A DNA stretch of 64,000 nt from an uncultured Spirochaetota bacterium (GCA_963820525.1 CAWGAA010000001.1:2336001-2400000), one strand, 5' to 3'. Counted from the stretch's first letter, positions 30,207 to 40,133 are shown. Numbers and translations: made by a program. The notes: generated from the sequence alone by a model not told the origin.

Positions 30207-30773
30207 TTACCGGCCGCGCAAATCCCGCCTGCGGAAGCAGCCCAAAAGGTGATCGTTTACTATGCCCGTAGCCTGAAGATGGGCGTAGACGATGGTCGAG
30301 CCGACGAAGGTGAAGCCGCGGGATCGAAGGTCCTTGGATATCGCGTCGGAGAGCTCGCTTCGGGGCGGAATCTGAGAGAGCTCCGTAAAACGATTGTCCA
30401 GCGGCTTGCCGTCCACCCACTTCCAGATATAGGCGTCGAAGCTTCCGAACTCCTTCTGGACTTCGAGGAATCTCTTTGCATTGTTGATAGCGGAAGCGAT
30501 TTTCGCCCTGTTTCGGATGATGCCGGGGTTTGCCAGGAGGCGCCGGCTGTCCTGAGGCGTGAAGCGGGCTACGCGGCGGGGATCGAACCCGTGGAACGCG
30601 GCGCTGTACCCTGCCCTCTTCCTCAATACCGTGAGCCAGCTCAAGCCGGCCTGCGCTCCCTCCAGGATCAGGAACTCGAAGTGGATTCTGTCGTCGTGAA
30701 TGGGGACTCCCCACTCCTCGTCATGATAGCGGATGAGAAGCTCATCCGATGCGGGCCACGGACAGCGCTTCAC
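30207..30773 (-). CDS. tag: DNA-3-methyladenine glycosylase I
   Basis: RCPW, YHDEEWG, LEGAQAGLSW, IIRNRAKI, GFTFVG, NDHLLGC. Confidence 0.95.
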   Translation of the reverse strand: MKRCPWPASDELLIRYHDEEWGVPIHDDRIHFEFLILEGAQAGLSWLTVLRKRAGYSAAFHGFDPRRVARFTPQDSRRLLANPGIIRNRAKIASAINNAKRFLEVQKEFGSFDAYIWKWVDGKPLDNRFTELSQIPPRSELSDAISKDLRSRGFTFVGSTIVYAHLQATGIVNDHLLGCFRRRDLRGR

Positions 30774-31681
30774 TATGCGCCTCTGTCCTGGGCCGCGGGA
30801 CCTGCGCCTGCCGGCCGGCCGTACATCCGCAGGAACCATTCGATGAGCCTGCGGGCCACGCTGGCGCGATCGGGCAGACGGAGCGGAAGGGCCTCGGGGG
30901 GGTACCAATCCGCTTCATCGATCTCCTTTCCGTCGATCGCGATCTCACCGTCGGCGTGCTCTGCGGTGAAGGCGACCATGAGCGAGTTGGGAAAAGGCCA
31001 AGGCTGGCTCGTGAAGTAGCGCAGATTGGCGATCTCGATCCCCGTTTCCTCCCGCACCTCCCGGCGGACGCACTCCTCCAGGCTCTCTCCCGCGTCCACG
31101 AATCCCGCGAGAACGCTGAAGAACCCCTTGGGAAAACGCGCAGCATGGGCCAGGAGCAGCCGCCCATCCCTCACAACGGCAACGATCGCCGCCGGCGAGA
31201 TGCGCGGGTAGGACACCAGGCTGCATGCCGGGCATTCCTTTGCCCGCTCGCCGGCCTTGCGCTCCATTGCCGCCCCGCAGCGGCCGCAGAACATGTGGTC
31301 CCTGTCCCAATCCACGATCTGGGAGGCCCTGCCGGCAATCCGGAAGTACGCCTCGCCCAGGACGCTGAAGAGCGAGCGGAGGCCCGCGAAGCTCCAGCCT
31401 TCGGGAGCGGGCGCCGCGGCAGGGATCTCGGCTGAAAAGCAGGGATGGCCTTCAATCGTCCCGATGAATTGGCTTCGCACCGGCTCCAGGCCAAGGGAAG
31501 AGAGAGCGCTGGTAAAGGGAATCTCCGCTCCCTCCCCGCTCTTAGCAATCAGAAGCGAGCCGTTCTGGAAGGCAAGCCAGAGCGCGGGGCTCGGCGGACC
31601 CGCCGGCTTATCCGCCTCGGGATGGAAAACAACGGATTGCGAAGCGCTCACGGGCCAAGAAGTGATTGTCACGCCCTTCAA
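30773..31681 (-). CDS. nudC: NAD(H) diphosphatase
   Basis: Zn ribbon FCGRCG..CPAC, YPRISPA, Nudix box, SQPWPFPNSLM. Confidence 0.95.
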   Translation of the reverse strand: MKGVTITSWPVSASQSVVFHPEADKPAGPPSPALWLAFQNGSLLIAKSGEGAEIPFTSALSSLGLEPVRSQFIGTIEGHPCFSAEIPAAAPAPEGWSFAGLRSLFSVLGEAYFRIAGRASQIVDWDRDHMFCGRCGAAMERKAGERAKECPACSLVSYPRISPAAIVAVVRDGRLLLAHAARFPKGFFSVLAGFVDAGESLEECVRREVREETGIEIANLRYFTSQPWPFPNSLMVAFTAEHADGEIAIDGKEIDEADWYPPEALPLRLPDRASVARRLIEWFLRMYGRPAGAGPAAQDRGA

Positions 31682-31902
31682 GGTACCTGAGCCGCCCTCG
31701 ACTGTCCACCATGACTCACTTTCTTATTGTTTTCATACACTCTGTATCATTTTATCCTTTTTTTGTATCGAAATAGACTCCGCCTTTCTGGTGTTATAAT
31801 ATGCTAATTCTTTATATATAAACAAATTAAGCCTAAAGAGTATGACTTGGCATAATTCCTGTTATATAGTGTTGCTGTGAAAGTGGAATCAGGAGGTGTG
31901 CT

Positions 31903-32247
31903 TTGAGCCTTTATGAAGCTGAGGCGCTCGAAAGGATCGACATCGGACGCTGGATGGACGAATTCTTCAACACCAGCATATTCGGCTTCTCCACTCTTGC
32001 CGAGGTGGAAATACACGAATCAAAAGACTCGTATGTCATGGAAGTGGACCTGCCCGGGCTCGTGGAAAAAGATGTTGAAGTGAAGCTCGAAAACGGCCTG
32101 CTCGTCATCTCCTCTGGAAAGGAAAACGCGGACTTCCTCCGGCGCTTCGTCGTTCCCGCCGACGTGGACAAACAAAGGATCTCCCGGGAGCTGCGAAACG
32201 GAAAACTGATCCTCAGCTTCCCGAAAAACCGCGCTGAAGCCCTGTAG
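31903..32247 (+). CDS. Hsp20-family small heat-shock protein (short)
   Basis: SD AGGAGG with TTG start; EVDLPG, FLRRFVVP..VD, NGKLILSFPK. Confidence 0.8.
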   Translation: MSLYEAEALERIDIGRWMDEFFNTSIFGFSTLAEVEIHESKDSYVMEVDLPGLVEKDVEVKLENGLLVISSGKENADFLRRFVVPADVDKQRISRELRNGKLILSFPKNRAEAL

Positions 32248-32280
32248 AGCGCTTCGCGCCGGGGTCCTTTCCAGCCGCCG

Positions 32281-33792
32281 CTACACCTTGATGATCGCGC
32301 AAAACCTCTCGTAGGCCCGGGACCATTCATCCGCCTTGCCGGGCTTGAACTCGCGGATGGGGAAGGAGCTCTTCACGAGCGGCATGGCATCGGAGAGCTT
32401 CTCGAACACCCCCAGCCCGAGCGCCTGAACCAGGGAATTGCCGACGGCGGTCGCCTCCTCGGGGCCGGCCACCACCTTCAGGCCGCAGGCATCCGCCGTC
32501 ATCTGGTTGAGCAGCTCATTGCGCGACCCACCCCCCACAATGTGAACCACCCTGTTGGGCTTGCCGCTCACCTCCGCGATTCTCTCCGCGACCATCCTGT
32601 ACTTGAGCGCGAGGCTCTCGTAGACCGCGCGCAGCGTTGCACCCCTGTCCCGCGGAGGCTCTTGGGATGTGCGGCGGCAGAAGGCGACGATGGCCTGCTC
32701 CATGTTGGCGGGGTTGTAGAATCCCCTGTCGTCGGGATCGAGAAAAGCTGAGAAGCCCGCGGCCTGGGACGTGAGCCGCGTGATCTCCTCCCAGCTCATC
32801 TCGCGCCCGTCGCGCTCCCGCCATCCGCGGCGAAGCTCCTGCGCCAGCCACGTGCCCATGCAGTTCTTCAGGAAGCGGACATTGCCGATCCCGCCCTCAT
32901 TGCTCATGTTTGCGGCCATCGCCTCGGGGCTCGTGATGGGTTTCTTGATGAGCTTTCCCACAAGAGACCAGGTGCCGGAGCTGATGATGAGGGCGCTGGA
33001 AGGGTTGGAGACCGGCGCCGCGGCGAACGCGCTCGCCGTGTCGTGCGAGCCAACCGCGACGATCTTCGCCCGATCCAGCCCTACGGACTGCGCCACTTCC
33101 TTTCCCAGCTCCCCGACCACCGTTCCCGGGGCCACGATATCCGGCATGATCCACGCAGGTATGCCGAGGGCGCGAAGGACTTCCCTGCTCCACTTCAGCT
33201 TCTTGGAATCCATGAGCTGGGTGATGCTCGCCCAGGAGGAATCCACCTGCGTTGCGCCTCCCAGCCAGTAGGCGAAGAGGGTGGGAACCGGAAGGAAGCG
33301 AACCCCTTTCTTGAGGAGGGAGCGACGGTTGGTCACCCACCAGAGAAGCTGGTTGGAAACGTTGAAGGGTTGGAAGTGGATGCCGGTGATCTGGTAGAGG
33401 CGCTGGGCGTCGATGCGGGCCTTCACCTCCTCCACCATTGCATCGAGGCGATGATCGCGGTACGCGTACATCTGGCCCAGCGTGACCCCGTCCTCCGTGA
33501 CGAACGCCCCGTCGGCGCCCCAGGCATCGATGCCGATCGAATCGGCGCGGTCTCCCACCTCGCGGCGGAACGCGCGCAGGCCCGCCATCACGTTGGTATA
33601 CAGAAAGACCTCGTCCCAGACAGACCGCTCTTCCATGCGCCCGCTCGCGTCGGCAACCCAGAGCGTCGCCGCCTCATGGCTGAAGCGGTGGACCTCCTTC
33701 AGGGAGAATCCGTTCTCGTCGAAGCTGCCGGCGAAACACTTGCCCCCCGATGCCCCGAGATCCACGGCGATGGTCCGCGCAGACTTTTTCAT
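32281..33792 (-). CDS. rhaB: Rhamnulokinase-like FGGY sugar kinase
   Basis: AVDLGASGG, SIGIDAWGAD, YRDHR, SHDTASA, SSGTWSL, NEGG, GGGSRN, GPEEAT. Confidence 0.8.
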   Translation of the reverse strand: MKKSARTIAVDLGASGGKCFAGSFDENGFSLKEVHRFSHEAATLWVADASGRMEERSVWDEVFLYTNVMAGLRAFRREVGDRADSIGIDAWGADGAFVTEDGVTLGQMYAYRDHRLDAMVEEVKARIDAQRLYQITGIHFQPFNVSNQLLWWVTNRRSLLKKGVRFLPVPTLFAYWLGGATQVDSSWASITQLMDSKKLKWSREVLRALGIPAWIMPDIVAPGTVVGELGKEVAQSVGLDRAKIVAVGSHDTASAFAAAPVSNPSSALIISSGTWSLVGKLIKKPITSPEAMAANMSNEGGIGNVRFLKNCMGTWLAQELRRGWRERDGREMSWEEITRLTSQAAGFSAFLDPDDRGFYNPANMEQAIVAFCRRTSQEPPRDRGATLRAVYESLALKYRMVAERIAEVSGKPNRVVHIVGGGSRNELLNQMTADACGLKVVAGPEEATAVGNSLVQALGLGVFEKLSDAMPLVKSSFPIREFKPGKADEWSRAYERFCAIIKV

Positions 33793-33803
33793 GGCATGCG
33801 CCT

Positions 33804-34301
33804 TCAGCCTAAGGCGAGCTTCTTCTGTCTATCGATGAGCATCCCGATGTGCTTGATCTCCTCATTGATGAGGGGCTCGATCTTATCGTGCCCCAGCTCG
33901 GGGGGCACGACCTTTTTCATCGTGATATAGAAGACGACGGAATCCTTCTCGAAGGTGAGGGCGAGGTTGAGGATGGTGAAGGGATCCTTGCATTCGCCCA
34001 CGAGCCCCACGACATCGATCTCCTTCATGAACACGTGGCTGTCCGCCGTTGCGCGAAGGTACTGCTCCGCCTCTCCCGTGGGGTCATGGATCTCCACGGC
34101 CCCCGCGTCGGGGGGGAGCGCGTCGCGGAGGCTCTGGAACAGCGCCACGTGCCGCCCCTCCCATGCGGCGAGCTCCGTGAAGAGATCCCGCACCGCTCGG
34201 CCGCCGGATTTCTTCGCCGCCTCCTCATAGAAGCTTTTTCCGTTCTGCTCGATCTGCAGTCCCATGTCGAAGATCTCGCGGGCATTGAAGTTCAAGCTCA
34301 T
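33804..34301 (-). CDS. Ferritin-like/rubrerythrin-family protein
   Basis: IEQNGKSFY..EGRH and EKDSVVFY..EEIKH diiron motifs; SD GGAGG. Confidence 0.85.
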   Translation of the reverse strand: MSLNFNAREIFDMGLQIEQNGKSFYEEAAKKSGGRAVRDLFTELAAWEGRHVALFQSLRDALPPDAGAVEIHDPTGEAEQYLRATADSHVFMKEIDVVGLVGECKDPFTILNLALTFEKDSVVFYITMKKVVPPELGHDKIEPLINEEIKHIGMLIDRQKKLALG

Positions 34302-34349
34302 TCGGTCCTCCTGTGTGCTTGAGGGCACACTCCCGGTCCCGGGTTGCCC

Positions 34350-35480
34350 TTACGGGCGGCTCATGGTGCTCCGCTCCCCGGGGAGCGGAGCCGTCTCGAG
34401 CGCCTGCTCCACCTCGAATCTCTCCAGGGCAAGCCTGATCAGCCTGTCGACGAGATCCCCGTAGGAGATACCGCTCGCTTCCCAGAGCTTCGGATACATG
34501 CTGATCCTGGTGAAGCCGGGAATCGTGTTGATCTCGTTCACGAGTATCCGCCCGTCGGCCTGGAGAAACATGTCCACGCGCGCCATGCCCTCGGCGGAAA
34601 GCACGGTGAAGGCGCGTGCGGCGAGCCTCCGCACTTCCGCCGTAGTCTGGGGGTCGAGGCGCGCCGGGATCTCCAGCTCGGCCCCGTTCTCGTCTATGTA
34701 CTTGGCCTCATAATCGTAGAAATCGTGGGTGGCCTTGATCTCTCCGGGGACCGAGACGAGAGGCTCGCAGTTGCCGAGAACCGAGCACTCGATCTCACGG
34801 CCGTTGATGCACTCCTCGATCAGCGCCTTCGTGTCGTAGCGGAAGGCGAGCTCCAGCGCAGCCGCGAACTCCTCCGGAGTGCGCACCTTGCTCACGCCCA
34901 CCGAAGAGCCGAGACAGGCGGGCTTCACGAAAAGGGGAAGGCCCAGCTCCGCGGTGGCCGCGACAAAGGAGAGCGCTTCCCTGCGGGCGCGCGTAAGCAC
35001 GAAGAATCGTGGCGTGGGAATTCCCGCGTCACGCAGGAGCCTCTTCATCACGTCCTTGTCCATGCCCACGGCGGATCCGAGAATCCCCGCCCCGACGCAG
35101 GGGATATTGGCCAGCTTGCACAACCCCTGCACCGAGCCATCCTCGCCATAGGGGCCGTGAAGCACGGGAAATATGACGTCGAGAGAGCCCAGGCCGCGAT
35201 TGGAGGAGAGATCGAGCAGCTGGGAAGAGCGCCCGCTCGGAGCCAGCGCCACTTCCCGCGCGCCCTCCGATGCCAGCTTCGGCAGCCCCTTCCCCTGCTC
35301 GAGCAGGGGAAGGGATCGCTCGTTCAAATACCAGCGTCCCTCCCTGTCGATTCCGAGGAGCACAACGTCGTAGAGATCGGGATTCATCGCCTCGAGGATA
35401 TTCCTTGCGGATTGGATGGAGACCTCGTGCTCAGCAGAGCGGCCGCCGAATACCACCCCGACTTTGATCTTCTTCGCCAT
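34350..35480 (-). CDS. ddl: D-alanine--D-alanine ligase
   Basis: GGRSAEHEVS, FPVLHGPYGEDG, GSSVG, FYDYEAKY, NEINTIPGFT. Confidence 0.96.
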   Translation of the reverse strand: MAKKIKVGVVFGGRSAEHEVSIQSARNILEAMNPDLYDVVLLGIDREGRWYLNERSLPLLEQGKGLPKLASEGAREVALAPSGRSSQLLDLSSNRGLGSLDVIFPVLHGPYGEDGSVQGLCKLANIPCVGAGILGSAVGMDKDVMKRLLRDAGIPTPRFFVLTRARREALSFVAATAELGLPLFVKPACLGSSVGVSKVRTPEEFAAALELAFRYDTKALIEECINGREIECSVLGNCEPLVSVPGEIKATHDFYDYEAKYIDENGAELEIPARLDPQTTAEVRRLAARAFTVLSAEGMARVDMFLQADGRILVNEINTIPGFTRISMYPKLWEASGISYGDLVDRLIRLALERFEVEQALETAPLPGERSTMSRP

Positions 35481-35583
35481 GGCTCTCATCAAGAGTATTG
35501 GAATCGGCCTCCCCTGTCCAGAAACCGCGCGACCGGGAAAAGCGCTGCGCGGCGGCAGGCTCCCTCCGTGGGGCTTTCGGTTT

Positions 35584-37041
35584 TCACTGCGCCGCGGCCG
35601 AAAGGAGCGCGGCAAGATCCCTGTCTCCCGAAGCACGCGCGACGGACAGCGGCGTTCGGCCCTGCTCGTCGGCGGCTTTCGGGTCCGCCCCGCGGGAAAG
35701 AAGGAGCGCCGCCTCCTCGCGCTTTCTTGTTTCCACCGCGCGCAGGAGAGCGGTTTCTCCGCCGGCGTTTCGCTCGTCCACCGGCGCCCCCTGCTCCAGG
35801 AGCAGCTTCACCACATCGAGTCCCGGAAGGCCCGTTCGGGTCTCCACCGCGTAGAAGAGGGGTGTGTTTCCCTTCTCGTCGTGGGAATTGATGTCCGCGC
35901 CGCGCGAAAGCAGGTAGCCGGCCATTTCGAGATTGCGGGCCTGGACCGCCTCGATCAGGGGGGTCGTCCGGCCCTTGGGATTCACCTCGGCGCCGCGCGA
36001 GATCAGGATTTCGGCCACTGCCGCCTTGCCCTGGCGGGCCGCGAGCTCCAGGGGGGTGGATCCCATCTCCGCGGGCTTGTTGGGATCCGCGCCGGCATCC
36101 AGCAGCATCCGGATGATCGTTTCATCTCCCCTGGCGGATGCGATGGAGAGCGGCGTTCTGGAGAATCTGTCGACGGCATCCACGTCCACTCCGCGGGAGA
36201 TCACCTCGGCCGCAAGCTCCTCCAGCCCCTGCTGGGCCGCGATATGAAGGAAGGTTCGGCCCCTGGAGTCTGCAGCCGAGGCATCGGTGATCCGCTGGGT
36301 AAGGATGCGGGCGATGCGGGCATCTCCCCGGTCGTAAGCTTCCGCCACAGCCGAGGCATCCACGCCCTTCTCGGAAAGCAGGAGGGCCATCTCCCCGTCG
36401 TCCTGCCGGACCGCGTACCAAAGAGGGGAGGAGCCTTTCTCGTCGGCCAGGAGAGGGTCCGCCCCGCCGGCAAGGAGGGTTCGGGCAACGTCGAGGTAGG
36501 CGCGCCTCCTGTCGCCGGCCTCGACCCCCGCGTTGGCCGCCGCCAGGGAAAGGGGCGTGCGTCCCGCGTTGTCGCGCGGGTCGACGTCCGCCGCCGCCTG
36601 GCAGAATACGGCGACGCTTTCAGCCGAGCCCGCGGCGGCAGCCGCATGGAGCGGCGTCCGCCCCGAGGAGTCTTTGGAGGAAAGAAAAGCGGTGAGAGAC
36701 ATCACGTCCGCTCCCTGATCCAGCAGGAGCCTCACCGCCGCGCCCTGGAGGCTTGCGGCGGCCCGAAGGAGCGGAGTCATCCCGTAAATATCCCTGGCCC
36801 CCAAAGGAGCCTTGTTCTTGACCAGAAGCTGGATCACATCGAGGCTCCCGCGAGCCGCTGCATAGTGAAGTGCGGTACGGCCGAACTGATCGGTGACCCC
36901 GATGCGGGCTCCTTTTTTCAGCGCGCTCTGTACGGCGGTGGCGCTTCCCTGGGATGCTGCCTTCAGAAGGTCGTCATTGGCGTTGGCGGCGGCCGCGATC
37001 GGGACGAGCAGCAGCGCAAGGAGGACCCGGAGCTTCTTCAT
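35584..37041 (-). CDS. Secreted ankyrin-repeat protein
   Basis: Signal peptide and about a dozen G.T(P/A)L..A ankyrin repeats. Confidence 0.9.
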   Translation of the reverse strand: MKKLRVLLALLLVPIAAAANANDDLLKAASQGSATAVQSALKKGARIGVTDQFGRTALHYAAARGSLDVIQLLVKNKAPLGARDIYGMTPLLRAAASLQGAAVRLLLDQGADVMSLTAFLSSKDSSGRTPLHAAAAAGSAESVAVFCQAAADVDPRDNAGRTPLSLAAANAGVEAGDRRRAYLDVARTLLAGGADPLLADEKGSSPLWYAVRQDDGEMALLLSEKGVDASAVAEAYDRGDARIARILTQRITDASAADSRGRTFLHIAAQQGLEELAAEVISRGVDVDAVDRFSRTPLSIASARGDETIIRMLLDAGADPNKPAEMGSTPLELAARQGKAAVAEILISRGAEVNPKGRTTPLIEAVQARNLEMAGYLLSRGADINSHDEKGNTPLFYAVETRTGLPGLDVVKLLLEQGAPVDERNAGGETALLRAVETRKREEAALLLSRGADPKAADEQGRTPLSVARASGDRDLAALLSAAAQ

Positions 37042-37057
37042 GGCCCGGTCGGCCCGG

Positions 37058-38410
37058 TCATACCGCCTTTTCCCGCGCCGCAACTTTAGGAAGGATCACG
37101 GTCTGGTAGTATTTGCGGGTGATGGGGTAGAACGAGAGCACGACCACCCCGGCGATGAAGAATACGACGGCAACGGGCCCGACGAGGAGGCGGATGCCGA
37201 GCTTTGCGCTGTCGGTCTGGGCTACGTTTGCCAGGTAGCCGAATGCGGCGAGGATCCAGCCGCTCAGGGCGTTGGCGAAGGCCACCGCAACCTTGTTCAT
37301 GAAGTTCCACAAGCCGTAGAAGGTCCCTTCGCGCCGAACGCCGTTTTCAGCGAAGTCGAGCTCCACCACGTCGGGGACGATCGCATAGGGCATCACGTAG
37401 TTCGTGGCGAACCCAATACCCGCAACGGCCATTGCGATGTACATGATGATCGGCCCCTTGGGCCCCACGAAGAAGGCCCCGAGGACGGCGACGACCACGA
37501 TCGCCATGCCGATGTTGTACGCCCACTTCTTGCCGATCCGCTTGGAGAGTATCGTCCAGATCGGAATGAAGATCAGGGCGGGCACCAGCAGGCAGACCCC
37601 GGCGATCAGGAATGAGCCGGCCCCCCCGTAGATATATTTGAAATAGAAGATCAGGGCTCCCTGCACCACCGTGGTTCCGGCGATATGCAGGGCGTAGGTT
37701 GAAAAGGCCATGACGAAGGGCTTGTTCTTCAGGGCCGCCGCGTACGTCTTGAGGAAGTCCTGCTGTTCGGCCGCTTCCTGCGCCGCGCGCTCCGGCTCCT
37801 TTACCGTGAAGACGGTGACCATGGCGGTGACCAGCATGACGGCGCCCATGATCGCTGCCATCGCCGTCCAGCCAGTGTCCACGTTGGTGAAGGCGCCGAC
37901 GACCATCAGCGTCAAGCCGAGCCCGATGAACGTGCCGACAACCGCAAAGCTCATGCGGAAGGCGTTCAGCACGGTCCGCTCGTCGAAGTCGCGGGTCAGC
38001 TCCGGGGTGAGAGAGCCGTACGGGATGCTCACCATCGTGTACGCGGTGGTGAGAAGGCAGTAGGCCACGGCCATCCAGACGAAGAGCCAGAGCTGGCTCT
38101 GGATATGGGGATTGGTGTACTGGAGGATCATCGTGAAGAGAAGCAGGATCGAGCCCAAAAACATCCACGGACGCCTCCGGCCCCAGCGGCTTCTCGTGCG
38201 GTCTGAGAGATAGCCCACGGTGGGGTCCGTGATCGCATCGCAGACCTTTCCGATCAGCATGGCGGTGCCGGCAAGGCCCGCTCCAAGGCGCGCCACGTCC
38301 GTCATGTAGTTGAGGAGGTAGAAGCCCATGATCGTGAAGAAGAGGTTTCCGCCAAGGTCGCAGATGCCGAAGCCCAGCTTCGTTTTCAGGCTCAGACCCG
38401 TGCCCGCCAT
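37058..38410 (-). CDS. MFS glycoside-pentoside-hexuronide:cation symporter
   Basis: DAITDP.VGYLSDRTRSRWGRRRPW, IPYGSL, RREGTFYG. Confidence 0.92.
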   Translation of the reverse strand: MAGTGLSLKTKLGFGICDLGGNLFFTIMGFYLLNYMTDVARLGAGLAGTAMLIGKVCDAITDPTVGYLSDRTRSRWGRRRPWMFLGSILLLFTMILQYTNPHIQSQLWLFVWMAVAYCLLTTAYTMVSIPYGSLTPELTRDFDERTVLNAFRMSFAVVGTFIGLGLTLMVVGAFTNVDTGWTAMAAIMGAVMLVTAMVTVFTVKEPERAAQEAAEQQDFLKTYAAALKNKPFVMAFSTYALHIAGTTVVQGALIFYFKYIYGGAGSFLIAGVCLLVPALIFIPIWTILSKRIGKKWAYNIGMAIVVVAVLGAFFVGPKGPIIMYIAMAVAGIGFATNYVMPYAIVPDVVELDFAENGVRREGTFYGLWNFMNKVAVAFANALSGWILAAFGYLANVAQTDSAKLGIRLLVGPVAVVFFIAGVVVLSFYPITRKYYQTVILPKVAAREKAV

Positions 38411-38440
38411 ACGATCCCCTTCCTCCCGTGGAATGAGGGG

Positions 38441-38469
38441 ATTATGGAAGGGGCGGGTGCCGATGTCAA
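38441..38469 (-). promoter_or_regulatory. Sigma-70-type promoter of the MFS gene
   Basis: TTGACA-N17-CATAAT on the minus strand. Confidence 0.6.
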
Positions 38470-38538
38470 TGCGGAATTTTCTCCAGAGAGTGACTTCTTA
38501 TCGACGTCGGCGGGCGTCTCGGCTCGGGCCCGCGTCGA

Positions 38539-38928
38539 TCATCCGGTGGAGGAGACCGCGGCGCGCGAGTCGATATCCCCGGGATATGCCAGGGCATCGC
38601 TTCCGCGCTCGCCGGTCCTGATGCGCACGATGTCCTGCACGGGGGAGATGAAAATGATCCCGTCCCCTTCCCTGCCCGTGCGCGCCGCTTTCGAGATGGC
38701 CTCCACCGTCCTTTCCACGTTGTGATCGCTCAAGACAATGTTGAGTTGAATCTTGGGCAGCATGTCCTCCTGGTAGTAGGTGTACCGCAGGGAATGCTCT
38801 TCCGCCCCCTGGCGGCCGCACCCATGAATCTCGAAGACGTTCATACCCACGATCCCGATTTCACGCAGCGCGCTTTTCACGGCGCCAAGCGCTTCTTCCC
38901 GGATAATCGCCTCGATTTTGTTGAACAT
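38539..38928 (-). CDS. P-II nitrogen regulatory protein (GlnB/GlnK family)
   Basis: KIEAIIR, GRQ, LPK, RTG..GDG.IF, RIRTGE. Confidence 0.92.
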   Translation of the reverse strand: MFNKIEAIIREEALGAVKSALREIGIVGMNVFEIHGCGRQGAEEHSLRYTYYQEDMLPKIQLNIVLSDHNVERTVEAISKAARTGREGDGIIFISPVQDIVRIRTGERGSDALAYPGDIDSRAAVSSTG

Positions 38929-38971
38929 GGAGCTCGATCCTCCTTTGCTCCTTTAAAGCACATCTACTAAA

Positions 38972-38988
38972 AGCAAATGCCATGCCAA
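38972..38988 (-). promoter_or_regulatory. Sigma-54 (-24/-12) promoter of the P-II gene
   Basis: TTGGCATGGCATTTGCT with exact GG-N10-GC spacing. Confidence 0.75.
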
Positions 38989-39145
38989 GGGAAGAAACCG
39001 CCTGGCTCGAAAGAAAAGACTGAAAAAAAACAGGAGAAATTGCACCGTTTCAGCGCGGTATTCGTTCGGGGAAGAGCCGAAGCTACATTCCTGTAGATTC
39101 GGGTGAGAAAACCTACAATCCTGTCTTGTCAGCCGGCGCTCCCGG

Positions 39146-40117
39146 CTATCGCTTCGGTGCTGGCCTCTTCGACTTGCCGCCTGCGGCCGGCTTTTTTCCG
39201 GAACCCGACTTCACGGGTTTTGATGCCTTCTTCGCGGGCTTTGCCTTCAAAGTCTTTTTTCCGGCGCTTTTCGACTTCGGCTTGGACTTGGATGCCGGGG
39301 CGGCCTTCGGCTTTGCCGGAGCCTTCGCTTTCGGCTTTGCGACCGCCTTTGGCTTTGGCTTTGCGACTGCTTTGGGCTTCGGCCTGGCGGCCGGAGACGG
39401 CTTTGGCTGGGCCTTAGCCGCGGGCCGGGCTTGAACGACGGGAGCCGGCTTGGGTGCGGTGAATGCCGCCGGTTTGGGCGCTGCGGCGGCGGGCGACGGC
39501 TTCGTTTCGGTTGTGGGCCTGGGCGGCACCGTGGGGGCCGGCTCCGGTTTGGAGACGACGGGAGCCGGCTTGGGGGCGGTGAATGCCGCCGGTTTGGGCG
39601 CTGCGGCGGCGGGCGACGGCTTCGTTTCGGTTGTGGGCCTGGGCGGCACCGTGGGGGTCGGCTCCGGTTTGGAAACGAAGGGAGCCGGTTTGGGGGCGGT
39701 GAATGCCGCCGGTTTGGGCGCCGCAGCTGCCGGAGTCTCCACTTTGGGAGCAGCGGCCGCCGGCTTTATCTCCCCTGCCGGCCTCGGCGGGCCTGCGGGC
39801 GGCATCGGGGCGGCCGCAGGAATGGAGACGACCGAGTTGTCGCTTCCGAAGGCGTTCAGGACGTGCGAATCAGCGGCCGGATCGTTGTGCCAGCGGCTGG
39901 ACTGGTCGCGGAAACGATACTGGTACTGGCGCCCGGCCGGAAGCTCGAGGGAAACGCTCCACGAGCCGTCGGCGCGGCGGCCGAGCGGGGTCGCCGTATC
40001 ACTCCAGCCGTTGAAGTCCCCGACAAGATAGAGCGCCTCGATTCCCGATGAGCCGGGAAAGGAGAAAGTGACGAGGAACTTACCTCCCTGGGATGGCCTT
40101 TTCTCGATCATGATCAT
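39146..40117 (-). CDS. CBM48/isoamylase early-set domain fused to Pro/Ala repeats and a Lys-rich histone-like tail
   Basis: LVGDFNGW, G.W...L.L..G..YQYRF, W..DP, N.FG..NSV; then PAAAAPKP repeats and a K/A/P-rich C-terminus. Confidence 0.85.
   Translation of the reverse strand: MIMIEKRPSQGGKFLVTFSFPGSSGIEALYLVGDFNGWSDTATPLGRRADGSWSVSLELPAGRQYQYRFRDQSSRWHNDPAADSHVLNAFGSDNSVVSIPAAAPMPPAGPPRPAGEIKPAAAAPKVETPAAAAPKPAAFTAPKPAPFVSKPEPTPTVPPRPTTETKPSPAAAAPKPAAFTAPKPAPVVSKPEPAPTVPPRPTTETKPSPAAAAPKPAAFTAPKPAPVVQARPAAKAQPKPSPAARPKPKAVAKPKPKAVAKPKAKAPAKPKAAPASKSKPKSKSAGKKTLKAKPAKKASKPVKSGSGKKPAAGGKSKRPAPKR
39435..39724. repeat. In-frame 120-bp tandem repeat (~2.4 copies)
   Basis: Near-identical blocks at a 120-nt period. 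Confidence 0.9.
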
Positions 40118-40133
40118 ACCTCCTGCGGTGGAT

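Noticed and set aside
31720..31900. AT-rich region before the second Hsp20 as a CIRCE element or foreign DNA
   Set aside because: TTAGCACTC-N9-GAGTGCTAA was not found; the region is consistent with a divergent promoter.
34350..35480. ddl (with the distant dacA) as a van glycopeptide-resistance cluster
   Set aside because: The omega loop FYDYEAKY is D-Ala-D-Ala type, and no vanH/vanX/vanRS genes are nearby.
39435..39724. 120-bp repeats as CRISPR or mobile element ends
   Set aside because: They are contiguous in-frame coding repeats without unique spacers.
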